Positions 25,001 through 37,965 are shown, numbered from the stretch's first letter. The stretch: DNA of 64,000 bases from Phoronis australis (GCA_002633005.1 NMRA01000975.1:1-64000); one strand, 5' to 3'. Notes: generated by a model not told the origin, from the sequence alone. Translations and numbers: made by a program.

Positions 25001-28000
25001 CTGCCTCAGTCATTAGAAGTCGGGTACCTTCCAGACGTTTCTCAAACTCTTTTCTGTTTTTCTTACAGTGCTTAAGAATTTCAATGACTTCTTCGGTGGT
25101 TAGCATTGTTTCGTTACTTATGCTAGGTTTTCTAAAGAACTCCATTACGGTTTCAGGTGTTGACGTGCGAACTGCGACTTTACTTTTTGTAAATTCGTTC
25201 ACTAACAACGAGAATGGCTCCCACAAAAGGTTCAGACCACACCTAAGAACTACAGTGGCGAGTTTCTGGTACCTTTTTATCTCAGTATCAGTCGCTGGCA
25301 AGGCAATTGAGCTCGTTCGCAGGTTATCGAATATGGCTCCATTCACTCCTTTCTCGCGAGCTGGTAGCCACGTCACTGAGCACCTATCCTGGTCATCTGA
25401 AGGACTATGAACTACTGGCAGAGCTTCAACATCTTTGGTGTCTAGGATGCAATAAAATCTTCGGACTATTGAATTAGCGAAGTCAGAAGTGTTTTCAGTT
25501 TTAGGAAACAAGCTTAGATATGTGCGCAATCTTGATCTTGACGTAGTGCTATCCGTCAAACAAACAACACGCTTTTTGAACTCTACCACCAAACGTAAGT
25601 AGGCATGAGCAATGACATGGCGTATCAAAATATCATTCCACTCCGTCTTAATATCCCCATCCGTAGATTTCCAAACACTTCGCCTTGCTTCATGATCGAG
25701 TGCAAAATGCCCATTAACATGGACGGGCAAATGAGTTTTCTGAGGCAATGGAAGAAAACAAAAAACACTGTGTCGGTACATCTGTCTGGGGGCGGTTAAC
25801 TCACACGCTACACCGGCACGAGGAAGAAGTGCCAACTCTTTTCTAGAAATAGCGTTGCAAATACTCTCAGATTTGTGTTCACTGTCTTCAAATCCAAATT
25901 TTTGAACAACGAGCCATCTTTTGTTCGTTCTAGCGGAATCAATTACTGACATCTCATATGCAACTTCCTTCGACGGAATAGACCAGATATCTTTAAGTAA
26001 CGCTGATTTCGTAAAAGATTTAAACTTGGTTAACTCTTCCACTTCGCTACTGCTGTCAACAGTAGCTGTAACGGTGAAGGCGTCAATATCAGACTTTTCA
26101 TCTTTAATCTCGTACAGACTAATCTTCCTAACGTTATTCATGAAAAGCAAACACGTCTGAGCTTCCAACTTCAAGTTCGATAGCAATGTGCGAGCATTTT
26201 CAACACTGGTGGGATATTTCTTGATTTCAGATTTCTCTGCCATTTCAGAAGTTCTCAATGGAAATCTGAAAAGAGTGCCGGCAGCCGACAGTGCGGCTCT
26301 GCTACGCACACTGTCGTAGCATCCAAAAACGGAGGGAAACGTGTTTCTTAGTTTATCCAAATTTCCAAAGCACCTTCCTGGAGCCCCTGAGGTTGCAGCA
26401 GGGACGTACGAACAATGAGGGTCGAATACATACAACCTCTCACCTTCACCTGTCAGGTTTGTGAGAAAGGAAGGTGCGTCCGTGAGGTGGTACACTGCGT
26501 TGAAGCCGACTCCGTACTGGCCTGTTTTCGTGGGATCACTTCCCTTATTTCCTTCTCCAAGGTTTTGGATACCCTCCACGTCTTCCTTGGTGAAAGGTTT
26601 GTTGTTGTAAACACAAAGCGCGGGGCCCTGTAAAGGCTTCCAACTGTCTTCAAAGATTCTATCATTTGGATGATTACGACTGTCGAGACAAAAGTGGACC
26701 TCTGTTGCCTGAGCATCGTCAGCGTTTTGTAGCAATTCCTTCAATATATCCACTTGGCCAGGATACCCATCAAGAATTCTTTTAATTCTGTTTGTAAGCT
26801 TTTCTTTTTGACCAAATGGTATTCCAATCGACGCATCTTCTAGTGCTTTACTACGCTTTGTCTGAACTCCTAAAGCATTGGCCACGCGATATGTAATGTC
26901 ACTGTCTACAAATGGCATTTCATTGTCAAGTATCCAGGGACAATCATTGAAACACATGGTAGAAGCTAGCTGTAAGACTTTGTCTGCTTCATTTGGCAAA
27001 TACACTTCGTTGACAGGGGGTTCCTCTTTCATGGAATCTGCAATGCATTTTGCAACATCCCTAGCAAGGCAAAGCATCTCTGAGGTCAAAGGGTTATCGT
27101 CAAATAGTATTTTCATATCCGAAAGAAGTGTACAGTACTGTTGAACACTAAACTTTTTCGCAACACCCATTGCTTCTAGAAGTTTGCGAAAATCCCGGAT
27201 CATGTCAGTAGGTGCTTTGAAGAGGAAAGGAGGGAAGCCTTCTGAAAAAGAAACCTCAGATGGCGTAACAAACTTATTTCTCTCAGCAATAAGAACACAC
27301 TTCTTGTCCTTAAAGATATCTTGGAATTTAGGAGTTGGAGGATTCCTAAGTCTGCTTTGTAAATACTTGTAGATGTCGTTCGTTACACGACGCAAATTGG
27401 TTGGCGCACTACTGTTTTCAATTGCATCAACCACGTTAGAAAGATTGACAATGACGTCCTCCATTAAAAGTTGAGCATGAGTCATTCCAGCAATCAATTT
27501 GACACTTGCTATTTCTCTCACCGTTCCGACAAGATTGTCTGACGACACTTCACACAACATGGAGGGTTTTTGGAACTTTTCATTTTGACCATACCACTCC
27601 AGTGAAATTGGGTATTCACCAGGGCGCATTTTCACAGGTATCCAAGATGTGTCTTCTAAGCATTGTTTCAAATTTCCAGCACAGTTAATTCGTTCCTTGA
27701 GATAATCTGGCCGAACGCGAAGCAATTGCAGAATTTCATTCGCTTTTTCAACTCCTTTCTGATAAGGTAAGCCAACGAGTAGCTGCGAAGCTTGGAGTAT
27801 TTCTAGTGGCAGCACGTCTTTCAAAGTCCTCAAACCAAGTTGGCGAAGATGAGGTAGAATGTCATACGATGCACAAGATCCATCAAGAAAGACTGGTTGA
27901 CCATAGAAAAGGCGTCGAAGTTTATGGTCTTCCGGATCGAATAGACTTGTGAGATTTACAAGTTCTCCATCACTACGAAGGAAAATGCTACATTCCTTAA

Positions 28001-31000
28001 TGCATTTCTTCAACTTCGACTCATTGTTTACTAGCTGCATGTGATTTCTAATGACGTGTGTTAAAAGGTCTTCGACTTCTTTATTAGAGTACCTTGAGAT
28101 ATGACAGCACATTATATCTACCAACAAGTCTTTCAAGGTAATTACTTTCCCTTTCAGCGACAGGCACAAATGTTTTGTTCTTTCGTCTTCCGGTTGGATC
28201 AAAGGGTTTGGTAATCTGAATGGTATTGACTCAATCGGTGACATTATTTTAATGTCTTGAAGTGAATGCAATGTGTTTTCACAGAAACTGAGCGTATTTG
28301 TAGTCACGTTGAACATCGGCAAAGACCTCAGCAGTTCGCGGTGCTCATCCAGAATATAAGCATCAGCTTTTGCAAGCTCAGAGCGAAATTTGTACACCAA
28401 GTCGTGTGGAACAGCTTTCATCTTTGTTACAACGCTTGTTCTGTCAAGGACTGAAAGTGCACTTAACAACCCAGAAATTGAAGGTGGGTTCACGTACTCA
28501 TGAATCAATGGATGACGTTTGACAAAAGGAAACAACCCGTCAACAACTACAACTCCCAACACCTCTGCCATTGGGAATACGGGGTTAAGGACACTGCTCA
28601 TCTCTGCATCCTTGTAAATGATTGGGCTATTCTTGGACAAACGCTTCAAGTACGTCGACCCATCGCATATGCGAAGTGGCAGTAGACACATATCTTCAAT
28701 ACGCCAAAGGTCTTTGGGGAACATTCTCACCAGATAGTTCCACACAGTTTCAGACCAACATAAACTTAGATGCATCTCATTATCAGGATTCCAAGGACAC
28801 ATGTCTCCACTCACAGGCGAAGGAGCGACCAGGGATAGCATCTTCACCACATGTTCTTTTGTCATCATCGTCAAGTTCGTTTTCTCTGCAATGTTACAAA
28901 ATCATACCAGTCTACATAAGTATAGCTTCAAAAGGTAGTCTGTTTAATTGCGAAAGGGAATCAGCAATACCAATATACTCAATTCGTTGACCTGTTGTTG
29001 TATCGGTCAAAAATACACAGATGCAATGATTCAAACACATTTTAGGGTGAAATTTAGAAATGTGTCACGTGCAAAGTATCAAAAACACGTCAAGCCACCA
29101 CTCAAATATTTTGGTGTGTTTTTATACATACATTGTGATTTCAAGCTTTTGAAAAATAATGAAACTTACCGGACTTCGCAATTCTCTCAAGAAGTTGTTG
29201 TCCGTCGGAGTTTACATTCTGACTGATTAGTCGATTTTCAAGACCTGGAAATAATTTCGACGAGTGATCGCTGGTTGTAAGGTAAACCGTATCGTGTTCA
29301 TTGTATTGATTCTGGAATACCGTGAAGAGTCCGCTTGCCAATGGGAGCAACTTGAGGTCAATAAGGCCACTGTAATGCTCATCTGCTACTGCATAGGCCA
29401 AGATCTCCAAACAATGAGTTTCATTTTCTGGAAATGGTTCCACAGTATTTTGAATATCCAACACCGCTCTTCTCAAATGTCCAGGAGTGACAACCTCTTT
29501 GTCGAATCGTTCCAACGCAAACTTCACATGTTCTGGAATGCAGACGACGGGTCTGCCAGCTTTCAGTAGTATGGCATTAATCACGTCTGAATGTTCAGTC
29601 TCAGAGAGAAAGCTGAACAACGCTTGATCAAGTGTTATATGTTGACCGCCTCCTTGTTCAGTGAAGAGGAAAGGAACAGTCTTAACATAGTCCAGAAAAC
29701 AATGTACCATTTGAAGCCACTTGCTGTCTACAGCTCCTAAATACGGAATTGCCTGGTGTATGAGGTTCTGGGGAATCTTGAGACTTGTTCCTTCCCGGAT
29801 GAGCTCTGTGTAAGCCAGAGGCACAGCCTCTTCTAACATTGCTTGGTTCCAAAGCAAGCTCCTGTCCGTCAACTCGGAGCTCAGTTGCTCGGCGCTAGGC
29901 CACTTTAAATGACGCCTATTTTGATCAATGGCGAGGAAGCCGTTCACATGGATAGGTAGGCCCGTTTGGCTCTTTTGTTCCACAGGAAGTGGCAAGAAAC
30001 AGAAAACGTGACCTTGAGGGTCTTGAGGCTGAAAGTTACGATCCAGAGACATTGCAACAGCTACCCAGGGAAGATAGTACAACGTCTTTTCTTCAAACAA
30101 TCGCTTTAATTTAGCCAAACGATCACCACCGGCGAAAAAGTTTGCGACCAGCCATCGATGTGATGTTTTTACCGACACGGTATTTTCTGAATGAATTGTC
30201 TTCTCTTGAGTAAAGCAAACAGAAGTATCCAGCCAGTTTTTGGAGTCAATTGCTTTCAGAAATGACTGCATGTTCTCTCTAACACTTGTGGAGTTTTCAG
30301 ATAATTCCACTTTAAAGAACATGCTTGGCTGCTGGTCGCGAGACTCGCGTATATACAACTCTATTGACTCCAGTGATGAGAGGAAGAGCAAGCACATGTA
30401 AGAGTACTGCTCAAACTGCTCAAAGAGAACTTTCACCTTATTTAAAGGATATTCATCGGGACACAGCTCTGAGTTGTTACTGGTTGTTCTCAACGGGAAT
30501 CGGAATAATGTGCCGGGATAGTAATTATCAGTGATACGAGTTTGATTGAAAATGAGTCCCACGTTAGGGTCAGTGAACGGGGAATAAAACCCTGATTGAT
30601 CGCCACTAATGTCAACCAGTTTCCAGCAAGCTCCTTTGGTAGGGCGATCTTTGGCATCGCGAAAATATTTCTCATGAGGGTCAAGGAAACCAATCTTGTC
30701 TCCACTAAGAATTCCCGGCATATCTGCAATGAAACACAATGAAATTTTCAAACTGCATTAGTGAGTGTCACTTTGGATGACAACTTAGAGCAGTGATTTC
30801 TGAACTGAAACATCAGAGTATTTTGAGGAAACGACGTAGTTATGTTAGGTGCATGGATTGAAATACCTGTCATGTGGAATACGGATTTGAAACCTAGCCC
30901 AAACCGGCCCACTTTGATCGGGTCATCTTTCTTAAAGCTGTCATAAATGGTGCGGATTCCCATCCAGTCTTGCTCAGTAAACGTGGCGTCGTTGAAGGCG

Positions 31001-34000
31001 TATAGCGCAGGACCCTATAGTACACCATGGCTATTTTAAGTTTGGTTTGTAAAACCAATGCATAAAACACACTCACATATTACAGCAACGACAAAACAAA
31101 CTCCGTTAGGTAGACATCAATCCCTATATCCGCCACTCTCACCTTCCCTTTCTCCCATTCACTGTTGATATTCCCCATCCTAGTTTTACTCTAGTCTCCC
31201 TCCCTCACACACTCCTTCCCTCACACCCTCTTTCTCTTGATAACGCCCACCCCAGCTCCACTCCGGTCTCCCTCCCTCACACACTCCATCCGTTACACCC
31301 TCCTTCCCTCTCTCCCTTCCTAGCTCCCACCCCAATTCCACCACGGTCCCCCTCCCTCACACACTCCATCAATCACTTCCTCCTCACCCTCTCCGACCTC
31401 AGTAGTTCCCACCTCATTGTTCTACTCAAATGTCCCGCATATAGAGGCATGCGCTGAAGTTCAGCAATTAAGCGCTCAATCGAGGGGTTGTCTGGTAACA
31501 TGAAAACGTTTTAAATGAGTTGACAATTACGTAGTCTACAATATCATAATGCATATTCGTGAAGTCAGGATTATTGCATTGCTATCCAGCTTCCGTTCAG
31601 TAACTTGCTTTACCATGTTATACCACGCAGTTACACAAGCAACTGACAGGACTTTTCAATATATTTCACCGACATCAACGTCAGTAAACTTACTCTTCAA
31701 TTTCGTTTTTGTCAAATTTTCATAAATCAAGTTCCAAAACAAACCAAATTAGACAACACGAATTCCCAGATTGCATATTTGTTTACTTTATTTGTAAATA
31801 AATGGTCATATCTGACTTTTAAAAAGGCAGCACAAAACCCCTCTTGCATCAACAAGTTTTTATTGCTTTCTGTATCTGAACATTTCATTTGAAACCGATC
31901 AGCCACTTCTGAGGTATGATGTTTCGAAATTTGGCCATTTTCAAGTCCTACGTGACCAAATGAGATTCTACATTTGTGTTCTAAGCCCCAGTGAAAACAC
32001 CGCTGTCTTCAAGCTAATGCCTCGTTGACAGATACCACTGCACTGTTGTGTTATTACATTTCAGTGTGTACACACATACTTTGGCCTCAGGAGTGTACAT
32101 GTGAAGCTGCGCTTTTATTCTAAATCAGGTGCATGCGCCTTTCCCCTGCATCAGGAACATGCACCTGTCCACTACATCGGGTGTATGCGTCTATTCCCCA
32201 CATCAGGTGTGTGTGCGCCTACTCCCCACATCAGGTTATGCGCCTATACCCTACATCAGGTTATGCGCCTATACCCTAAATCCAATTCATGCGCCTGCAT
32301 AAGAAACATTTCACCAAAAAACTAAGGAGCACATTTCTAAAGTACCCGTGAGTGAATCTTGACTTGTTTGTTACAAATCAGTAGATGTTCATGTGCATTG
32401 AATTCACCAAAAGGCAAACAAAAATGCCTGAGTTTACAACAATTTACTGGGTGTGTTCGTTTAGACCTGTAGATTATACAGACCCAAGTAGACGCAACAG
32501 CGTACGTTGTCCCAGGAAAATATTTTGCATACAGTGCACCAATAAAAGGGAATCGCCTCACCATTACAAGCTGAAAATACTGAACAAGTCGTTTACAAGT
32601 AATGTAAAGAAAAGCTAACTATTGCAGAGGTAGTAATTCACAAGTGTACGCAAGCGGTCACCAGAAATTTAGCTTGCATGCTGACGTAGCTACCAAGCGC
32701 AAGGTCCCCTGTCCATTGTAAAAGAACTCTCCCCAAGGTGGACATTTAATTCACATTTGCGCATATATAGGCAAACCACATCTAGAGCATTTCTCACGAA
32801 ATATTTCGGATAGAGGCCCATGAGCCTACATTAACTGACGCCTTTTGGTATGCTGTTAGCTGAAGTGTTTTAAGACAGGTGTCACCACTGTTCCACAAAG
32901 TATGACGTTACAAAGCATTTTTTCGTTCCAGGAACACACTATTGTAATAGTATTATACCCGTTTCCCATTTTAACAAGCGCGTTCAATCATTGCCCGTTC
33001 TGTTCAAGGTGTAGATAAAGCACACGGGTTCCTTAGAGTGTCAGTGTCAGGTAGTGGCCCAGTTATGTACCTATTGCCGAGAGAAAGCAGGACCTGCAGG
33101 AAAAGTCGCAGTTCATAACGCTTTAATTGCATTTTATTCCAATTTCTTCACATTTCTTACCTGAAAATGCACAAGCTCTGGGTGAACCAAGTGTTCTGTA
33201 TTTGCTGGAAAAGTTGACTTGTCAAATAAGAACTTGATCGTCTTTGCTTTGGCATCCTCAGCATTCTGAATTAGCTCCTGAGAAAGTAAAGAATTTCAAA
33301 CTCTAATTACAATGGTGATGATGATAGTGATGATGATGACGTTGAGAGTGACATTGACTGGTGTTCGTTACTGTTGATGTAGAAGACGTCACTGACAGCA
33401 CTGGCCAATGAGGATGAAGAGGTGGTAATATTGTGATGATGACTATGAGGCAAACAGTGATGATTACAGTAAAGTTGCACGATTGGGTCGCCCCAAGTTC
33501 AATCCTTCTTAGGTATACATCGGGGTAGAGATCAATAACCCAGAAGCACCTCACTAAAAAGCAAGACGTTGAATGATTACGTGTATTTTAAAGGAGAGCA
33601 CCTGATTTTGGCTAGATTTTTCTAGTTGCAAGACAGCTACTGAACTCTACCCTGGCGTGCGTCCAGGGACGCAAACGCGATAATCTCATGAGTTCGCAAG
33701 AATACCAACTGATGACTTCGCGAGATATTGTCAGGTATTGCAAGCGAAGCACACGACCACACTAGCTTCCTTGGCGAAACTCTTGCTTCTGCGATGTATA
33801 CTAGAGAGGAACAGAGAATTTTAAGTGTAGAAAAGCATGGTTACGTGCATGTATAACATTAGTTTTTGATTCCTGTTATAGTACAGAGCAAATATATTTT
33901 TTCCGGGCGAATGAGCACTTACACAACAAAACACTAGGATGCAATGTCTCTGTAACAACTGCGTGTGCGCCGCCCCCCATTTGTGCAGGGGTTGGTACTG

Positions 34001-37000
34001 CTAAAGACGCAACGACGTCCCTTATGCCAATGAGAACTACCAAGAAGTCTTTACCAGTTTTACACCAAAAAACGAAACACGTTTGAATTGTAACAGATTT
34101 TTGATGAAAATTTGTCGTTTCAATACAAAAATTGCTATGTCAGAAGCACTAAACCGCTGTATGAAGTCAGTGGTGATCCATTCCTTACTGTGCGTGTAAG
34201 TGGCAGCAAAATTTGTTGACGATCGTTCATCGGACTGCAGAGCAGCATAAAATCTCCCGTGCACAACGCAGCTTAAGCCGGGCGCACGCGGTGTGCGGCT
34301 TAGTTGTGTTCGCTTTGTAATCAGCTCAGATTTGGCTCCGTCGCGTTCGGCTGCTGCCAATCCACTATCTGTACTACTTCGAACGCGCGATATCCGACAG
34401 GCTAACATGGCTGTATTGTGTAGAGGGCCTGAACAGTTCTCATCGCATCATGGATGAAACCCGGACATGTCGTCGGGAATTTTTAGCTACAACGGCATTT
34501 GCAAAGGGCACGAGAATTTGTCACAAGTCGTTTTAAAATAAGAATTTTTCTAAACACGCAAGTTAATGTCAGGCGTGCAAGTTCATTGTCATAGTCGAAC
34601 AGTGTGACTAAATACAAACGAAACAGAAACACAAGTCAGTCGCACTACAACGAAAAACCAACTACAGGTTTCAGTATATTTCCCTGTTGTATTTCCATCA
34701 GAAATTTTCGTTGTCCGGGACTCGGTGATTCTTTTCTAAGATAAAGCGAGGAACACAAGACATACGCAAGATATATTCGAGAAACAATCGACTTACGGTC
34801 GTATCATCGTTAAGGCAAGGTAAACACAGAGCCAGTGATACCGATTCTCATCGGATTCAAGATTTATAGAGTAGCAATCTTCCATTGAACGCATGTGAGC
34901 TGCGTCGATCCGACCGAGTTTTGCATTTTTGACAAATTTTCTTTGTCCGAAATTAGCGGGACGACATTGTTCAAAATTTATGGACCATTGAAAAACAGTT
35001 TTGAACCTTGCACGCATATTGTAGATCATGAAAAATTCATTTTGGAAATATTTATTCTTGTCCCAACATGACAGGCAGTCCGAAAATTGGGCGACTTTAC
35101 CCTATAGTCGATGCTGATGACTTGGGTGAATAAACTAAAGTACGCCACGACGGTGGACAACATATCGGCCTTTATGTCCAATAATCACCACACGAGTCAA
35201 CTGAGACAAGCTAAACAAAGGTCCATTTTGTGATTTCTAGATCATCTCGGGCGCTCGTTTTAAATAGGCCTATTTAATTTAGTCTAAACAGTTTGCAATT
35301 TGGCTACATAAAGACAAACGGTCACTTTTTTCTTTGCGTCCTCCCTACATCATAACTATCGATCATCACAAGCCTATTGGAATACCATCAATTTTACTCT
35401 TAATACCTGGAAATTCAACTTCGGTTCGGCCAAAAACAAATGAATTTGCCGTGCGATAAATTGGTGCAAATAAACTAACCTTATTTGTTTGAGAGTTTTA
35501 AAGAGTTCTTCAGTTAACGCAAAGTCGAATATATAATATTCAAAGTTGAATAAATTCCTTTTCACTCCAGTTCTTGTGCGCACATTCAAAATTAGAAAGT
35601 CGGCATATCGTCACTCGTTGATATTGTTTTGAACTAATCACCTCCTACCTTGAGTATTTGGCCGTCGTCTGGATACTGGTCCAAAATTGATCTCATTTGT
35701 TGTATCAGGCTCGGCTGTATGATGTCAAAATCTATAAATGTCGTAAGAGATTCACCATTCAAATCAGAGAATGAATACAAGAAGTGTATCAATTTGAACT
35801 GTCAGCTATTTTTCGAACGGGAATGGCCACGGTGAATTTTTTCATCCAGAGTCAAATTAAGCGCTCTTGATAGAGACACGCTGTCGCGAGTCATAGACAC
35901 GATATAAAAAAAAACACAATTTTTACTTTCATTAACTATACACGGGAATATTTGTCAACTAAAGCTGTCTCTCTCTTACATGCACACAATCAAAGTGACC
36001 AGTTTTAATTATCACAGTATAGCTTGAAGATGGTTCGTCGATAAATAATCACGTGTCGTAAAAAAGGATTCATCGTTTATACCAGTGAAACATAATTCAT
36101 CTTAGTAAACCATTGAATCCAACTGGAAAACTGACAACACAAGACACATAATTCTCGTAAAACAAATGAAATAATCACTTCACTATACTCTTGCAGCAAT
36201 TCCAGGAATTGCACCTTATGCACTTACAATAACAGACTTTCTCTCAATTTCCTTTAGCGTAATAACGAATATGAAGACAAAGGACGCAAATTTTTGTATT
36301 CAGAGAGATTGGCATGCGTCAATTTTGACTAACATCTAAGAAAATAATATTATGCGATTTTGATATGATTCAAAATAGCGGACTCTCATGATATTGTAAC
36401 GTATTTACGTACGTCTGACTTGGATGTTAACCACATTTCCTCCACCGGATTCAAAATGGGATTGCGTGTATAATGATACCAGTTTGGCAAAACAAGGTGA
36501 AAGAAAAACCATGCAAAACTTACCGACCGAATTCACTGTGGCCTTGAACACCCAAACGAAAAGCAGCAGATGCGACGACTGGCGTTAAACAGTATCAAAT
36601 AAATTATGTCAAACTTAGTACAATAGTAATATTCGTCATGGCTGCAGCGCGACACTGATTAAGTGAACTTCAAGGGAAAGGCAACCATTTTTATGTCATT
36701 TCTAGCAAAAACAAGGTTTTTTGATTATCCTACATATATTTTTCACTTATAACAGCTTTTCGCAATTTAATTAATTATTCTTCCTTTACTCCGGAAGTCA
36801 CGTTTTGGGAAGCAAGAATTTCGCGCCAATTTCTTTTGATATAATGTGACTGTGAGAGCTGTTGAGTCAGTGTGGCATGTTGACTGACTCGTAAACAAAA
36901 GCAAACGACGACCAAACTAATCACAACAGAGGTAGAACAATGACTGACTCGGCAAGCCCGACAGTCAGACTATTTGAAAAGAAATTGGGGCGAAATACTT

Positions 37001-37312
37001 GCTTCCCAAAAACGTCACTTACGGAGTAAAGGACGAGTAATTGTTTAAATTACAAAAAGCTGTAATTAAATGAAAAATATGTCTGGGATAATCAACGAAC
37101 CTTATTTTTGCTAAAAATGACAAGAAAAAAGATTGCCTTCACCTTTAAGTCTTAACCAGGAGTGTTTTCAGACGATTTAATTAATATTCTATTCGTCCAG
37201 GGACGCCTTTATGTATTGCGCAATTTAGTGAAGAAAATACTGCAATGACGATGAACACAAACACACACATTAAGGCCTACTCACCCTGCATATTTTGGAT
37301 TAGACCAGCCAT
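18730..37312 (-). CDS. SACS-like: Sacsin-like gene copy B, complete spliced model (7 coding exons: 37285-37312, 35649-35731, 33161-33277, 30867-31014, 29170-30723, 21468-28885, 18730-19041), about 3219 aa
   Basis: All six introns are GT..AG with matching phases (1,0,0,1,1,0) and the joined frame is open. The product has sacsin SR1 motifs [13 protein letters not shown]|ELIQNAEDA and [17 protein letters not shown], a J-domain WHPDRN and a C-terminal HEPN (CHQ|[16 protein letters not shown]). Confidence 0.9.
19165..19530. repeat. Second, internally shorter copy of the dispersed repeat at 8420-9085
   Basis: Same three blocks in the same order and orientation. Confidence 0.8.
21468..28885 (-). 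CDS. SACS-like: Sacsin-like B giant exon 6 (7418 nt): second SRR repeat, J-domain, start of HEPN
   Basis: ORF 21414..28874; TGCAG acceptor in frame and GTAAGC donor after CHKCHQ. Contains [36 protein letters not shown] and WHPDRN. A giant exon is typical of SACS. Confidence 0.95.
29170..30723 (-). CDS. SACS-like: Sacsin-like B exon 5 (rest of SR1, then SR2: [26 protein letters not shown])
   Basis: Lies within ORF 29141..30751; TGCAG acceptor and GTAAGT donor, phase 1 to phase 1, 1554 nt. Confidence 0.92.
30867..31014 (-). CDS. SACS-like: Sacsin-like B exon 4 ([28 protein letters not shown])
   Basis: 148 nt bounded by AG/GT; GHKL G-rich motif GRFGLGF. Confidence 0.92.
31130..31420. repeat. 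C/T-rich degenerate minisatellite (about 75-80-bp unit, core CCCTCCCTCACACACTCC)
   Basis: Core seen three times, near 31198, 31269 and 31350. Confidence 0.8.
32120..32297. repeat. About 23-bp tandem repeat (CATCAGGTTATGCGCCTATACCC-like), about 7 units
   Basis: Recurrent ATCAGG..ATGCGCCT units. Confidence 0.85.
33161..33277 (-). CDS. SACS-like: Sacsin-like B exon 3 ([24 protein letters not shown])
   Basis: 117 nt, CAG acceptor and GTAAG donor; GHKL motif I ExxxNxxDA. Confidence 0.92.
33310..33470. repeat. Degenerate (GAT)n low-complexity tract
   Basis: GATGATGATAGTGATGATGATGAC and similar stretches. Confidence 0.7.
33592..35259. mobile_element. Possible old Kolobok-type element with a decayed THAP-domain remnant
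   Basis: TTAA|AGGAGAGCACCTG start and a weak inverted end CGGGCGCTCGTT|TTAA. Plus-strand fragments CAAPIC, LYQF..PKNETR, LCQKH and LKPGA occur in THAP order at about 33955-34290, with stops and frameshifts. Confidence 0.35.
35649..35731 (-). CDS. SACS-like: Sacsin-like B exon 2 ([28 protein letters not shown])
   Basis: 83 nt bounded by AG/GT. Encodes the ILxxYPxGGQILK-type segment that precedes ELIQNA in sacsin; 2 nt different from the A copy at 11293-11375. Confidence 0.9.
36673..37144. mobile_element. Foldback MITE with about 180-bp inverted arms, Kolobok-like AGG ends, in sacsin B intron 1
   Basis: Arm 36673-36853 is the reverse complement of 36961-37144 (e.g. TTTGGGAAGCAAG / CTTGCTTCCCAAA, CCTTTACTCCG / CGGAGTAAAGG); flanks are TTCA and TTAA. 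Confidence 0.85.
37285..37312 (-). CDS. SACS-like: Sacsin-like B coding exon 1 (MAGLIQNMQ)
   Basis: ATG in ACGATGG context with a GTGAGT donor, phase 1. It matches paralog A exon 1 (MAGLGMSRNMQ). An upstream acceptor (TATATTTTAG, about 37351-37360) suggests a further 5'UTR exon. Confidence 0.75.
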
Positions 37313-37744
37313 CGTGGCCTGATGTCCTTTGTCAAAAGCTTCCTGGTTTGCTAAAATATAACATAATACTGCGTACAGTCGGTGGCCATTGTAGGCCTAC
37401 TACCGTAAGATACAGGGCCCCTTTTATCAAAGGACGGTCGCACCCGGGGTCTTAGCTCAGTGAGACGCTGGAAGGCAGGAAGTGTCAGAGTTAAAAGTGT
37501 TCCTATCGTTGATGTGAGCTTCTTTACTCAATGAAGCGGAAAGTGTGGCCTAATGAGGGGAATTTCGCTTTTTAAGTACTAATTTCAGAGGGTGAATCAT
37601 GGGGCCGATATTCGATCAAAACCGAGAACTGAGAGCACTGGAATACATTATATTTTCGTGATCTTATTATAAATTGCGAATTCTCGTTGAAGACAGATAA
37701 CAAATTAATTACGCTTAAAATACGTTGACATTTAATGAGCGAAC

Positions 37745-37965
37745 TTCCTCCAGCAGAGCGTTGGGCTGCAACCGTGGGGGTTGTAGGCAGAGATCTTGAA
37801 ATGCTTTAAGTTCGATTCCCTCTCAGTTGAGGCTGGTCTCAGAAAATCACTTTCTGGTCGATAAAGTCACGACGTTTATGACGGTGGGCGTTCATGAATG
37901 TGAATTACGATCATTCTAAAGTCTATAGTTTTGTAGATAATTGACTATAAATACACCGACTAGTT
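37745..37965 (+). mobile_element. Possible decayed tRNA-derived SINE
   Basis: AGAGCGTTGGGCTG, then a B-box-like GTTCGATTCCC at about 37810, followed by a body and an AT-rich tail; no intact cloverleaf. Confidence 0.3.

Noticed and set aside
21750-30729. Many short ORFs overlapping the sacsin exons on the opposite strand or in other frames
   Set aside because: Shadows of the long sacsin reading frame with no independent motifs.
32120-32297. Regular 23-bp repeats as a possible CRISPR array
   Set aside because: Head-to-tail degenerate units without unique spacers, no cas genes, inside a eukaryotic intron.
33303-33554. His/Thr-rich ORF with DLYPD, as a candidate sacsin upstream exon
   Set aside because: It derives from a (GAT)n tract; the true exon 2 at 35649-35731 is supported by the paralog.
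36524-36579. Possible extra minus-strand exon with a GTAAGT donor in sacsin B intron 1
   Set aside because: About 55 nt would shift the frame between phase-1 junctions, and there is no counterpart in copy A.
18730-37312. Bacterial contamination or recent horizontal transfer of a HEPN/ATPase defence operon
   Set aside because: Spliceosomal introns are shared by both paralogs, the architecture is that of animal sacsin, and it is embedded among animal transposons.
37445-37825. tRNA gene (TAGCTCAGTG and GTTCGATTCCC)
   Set aside because: The boxes are too far apart and no cloverleaf forms; at most a SINE relic.
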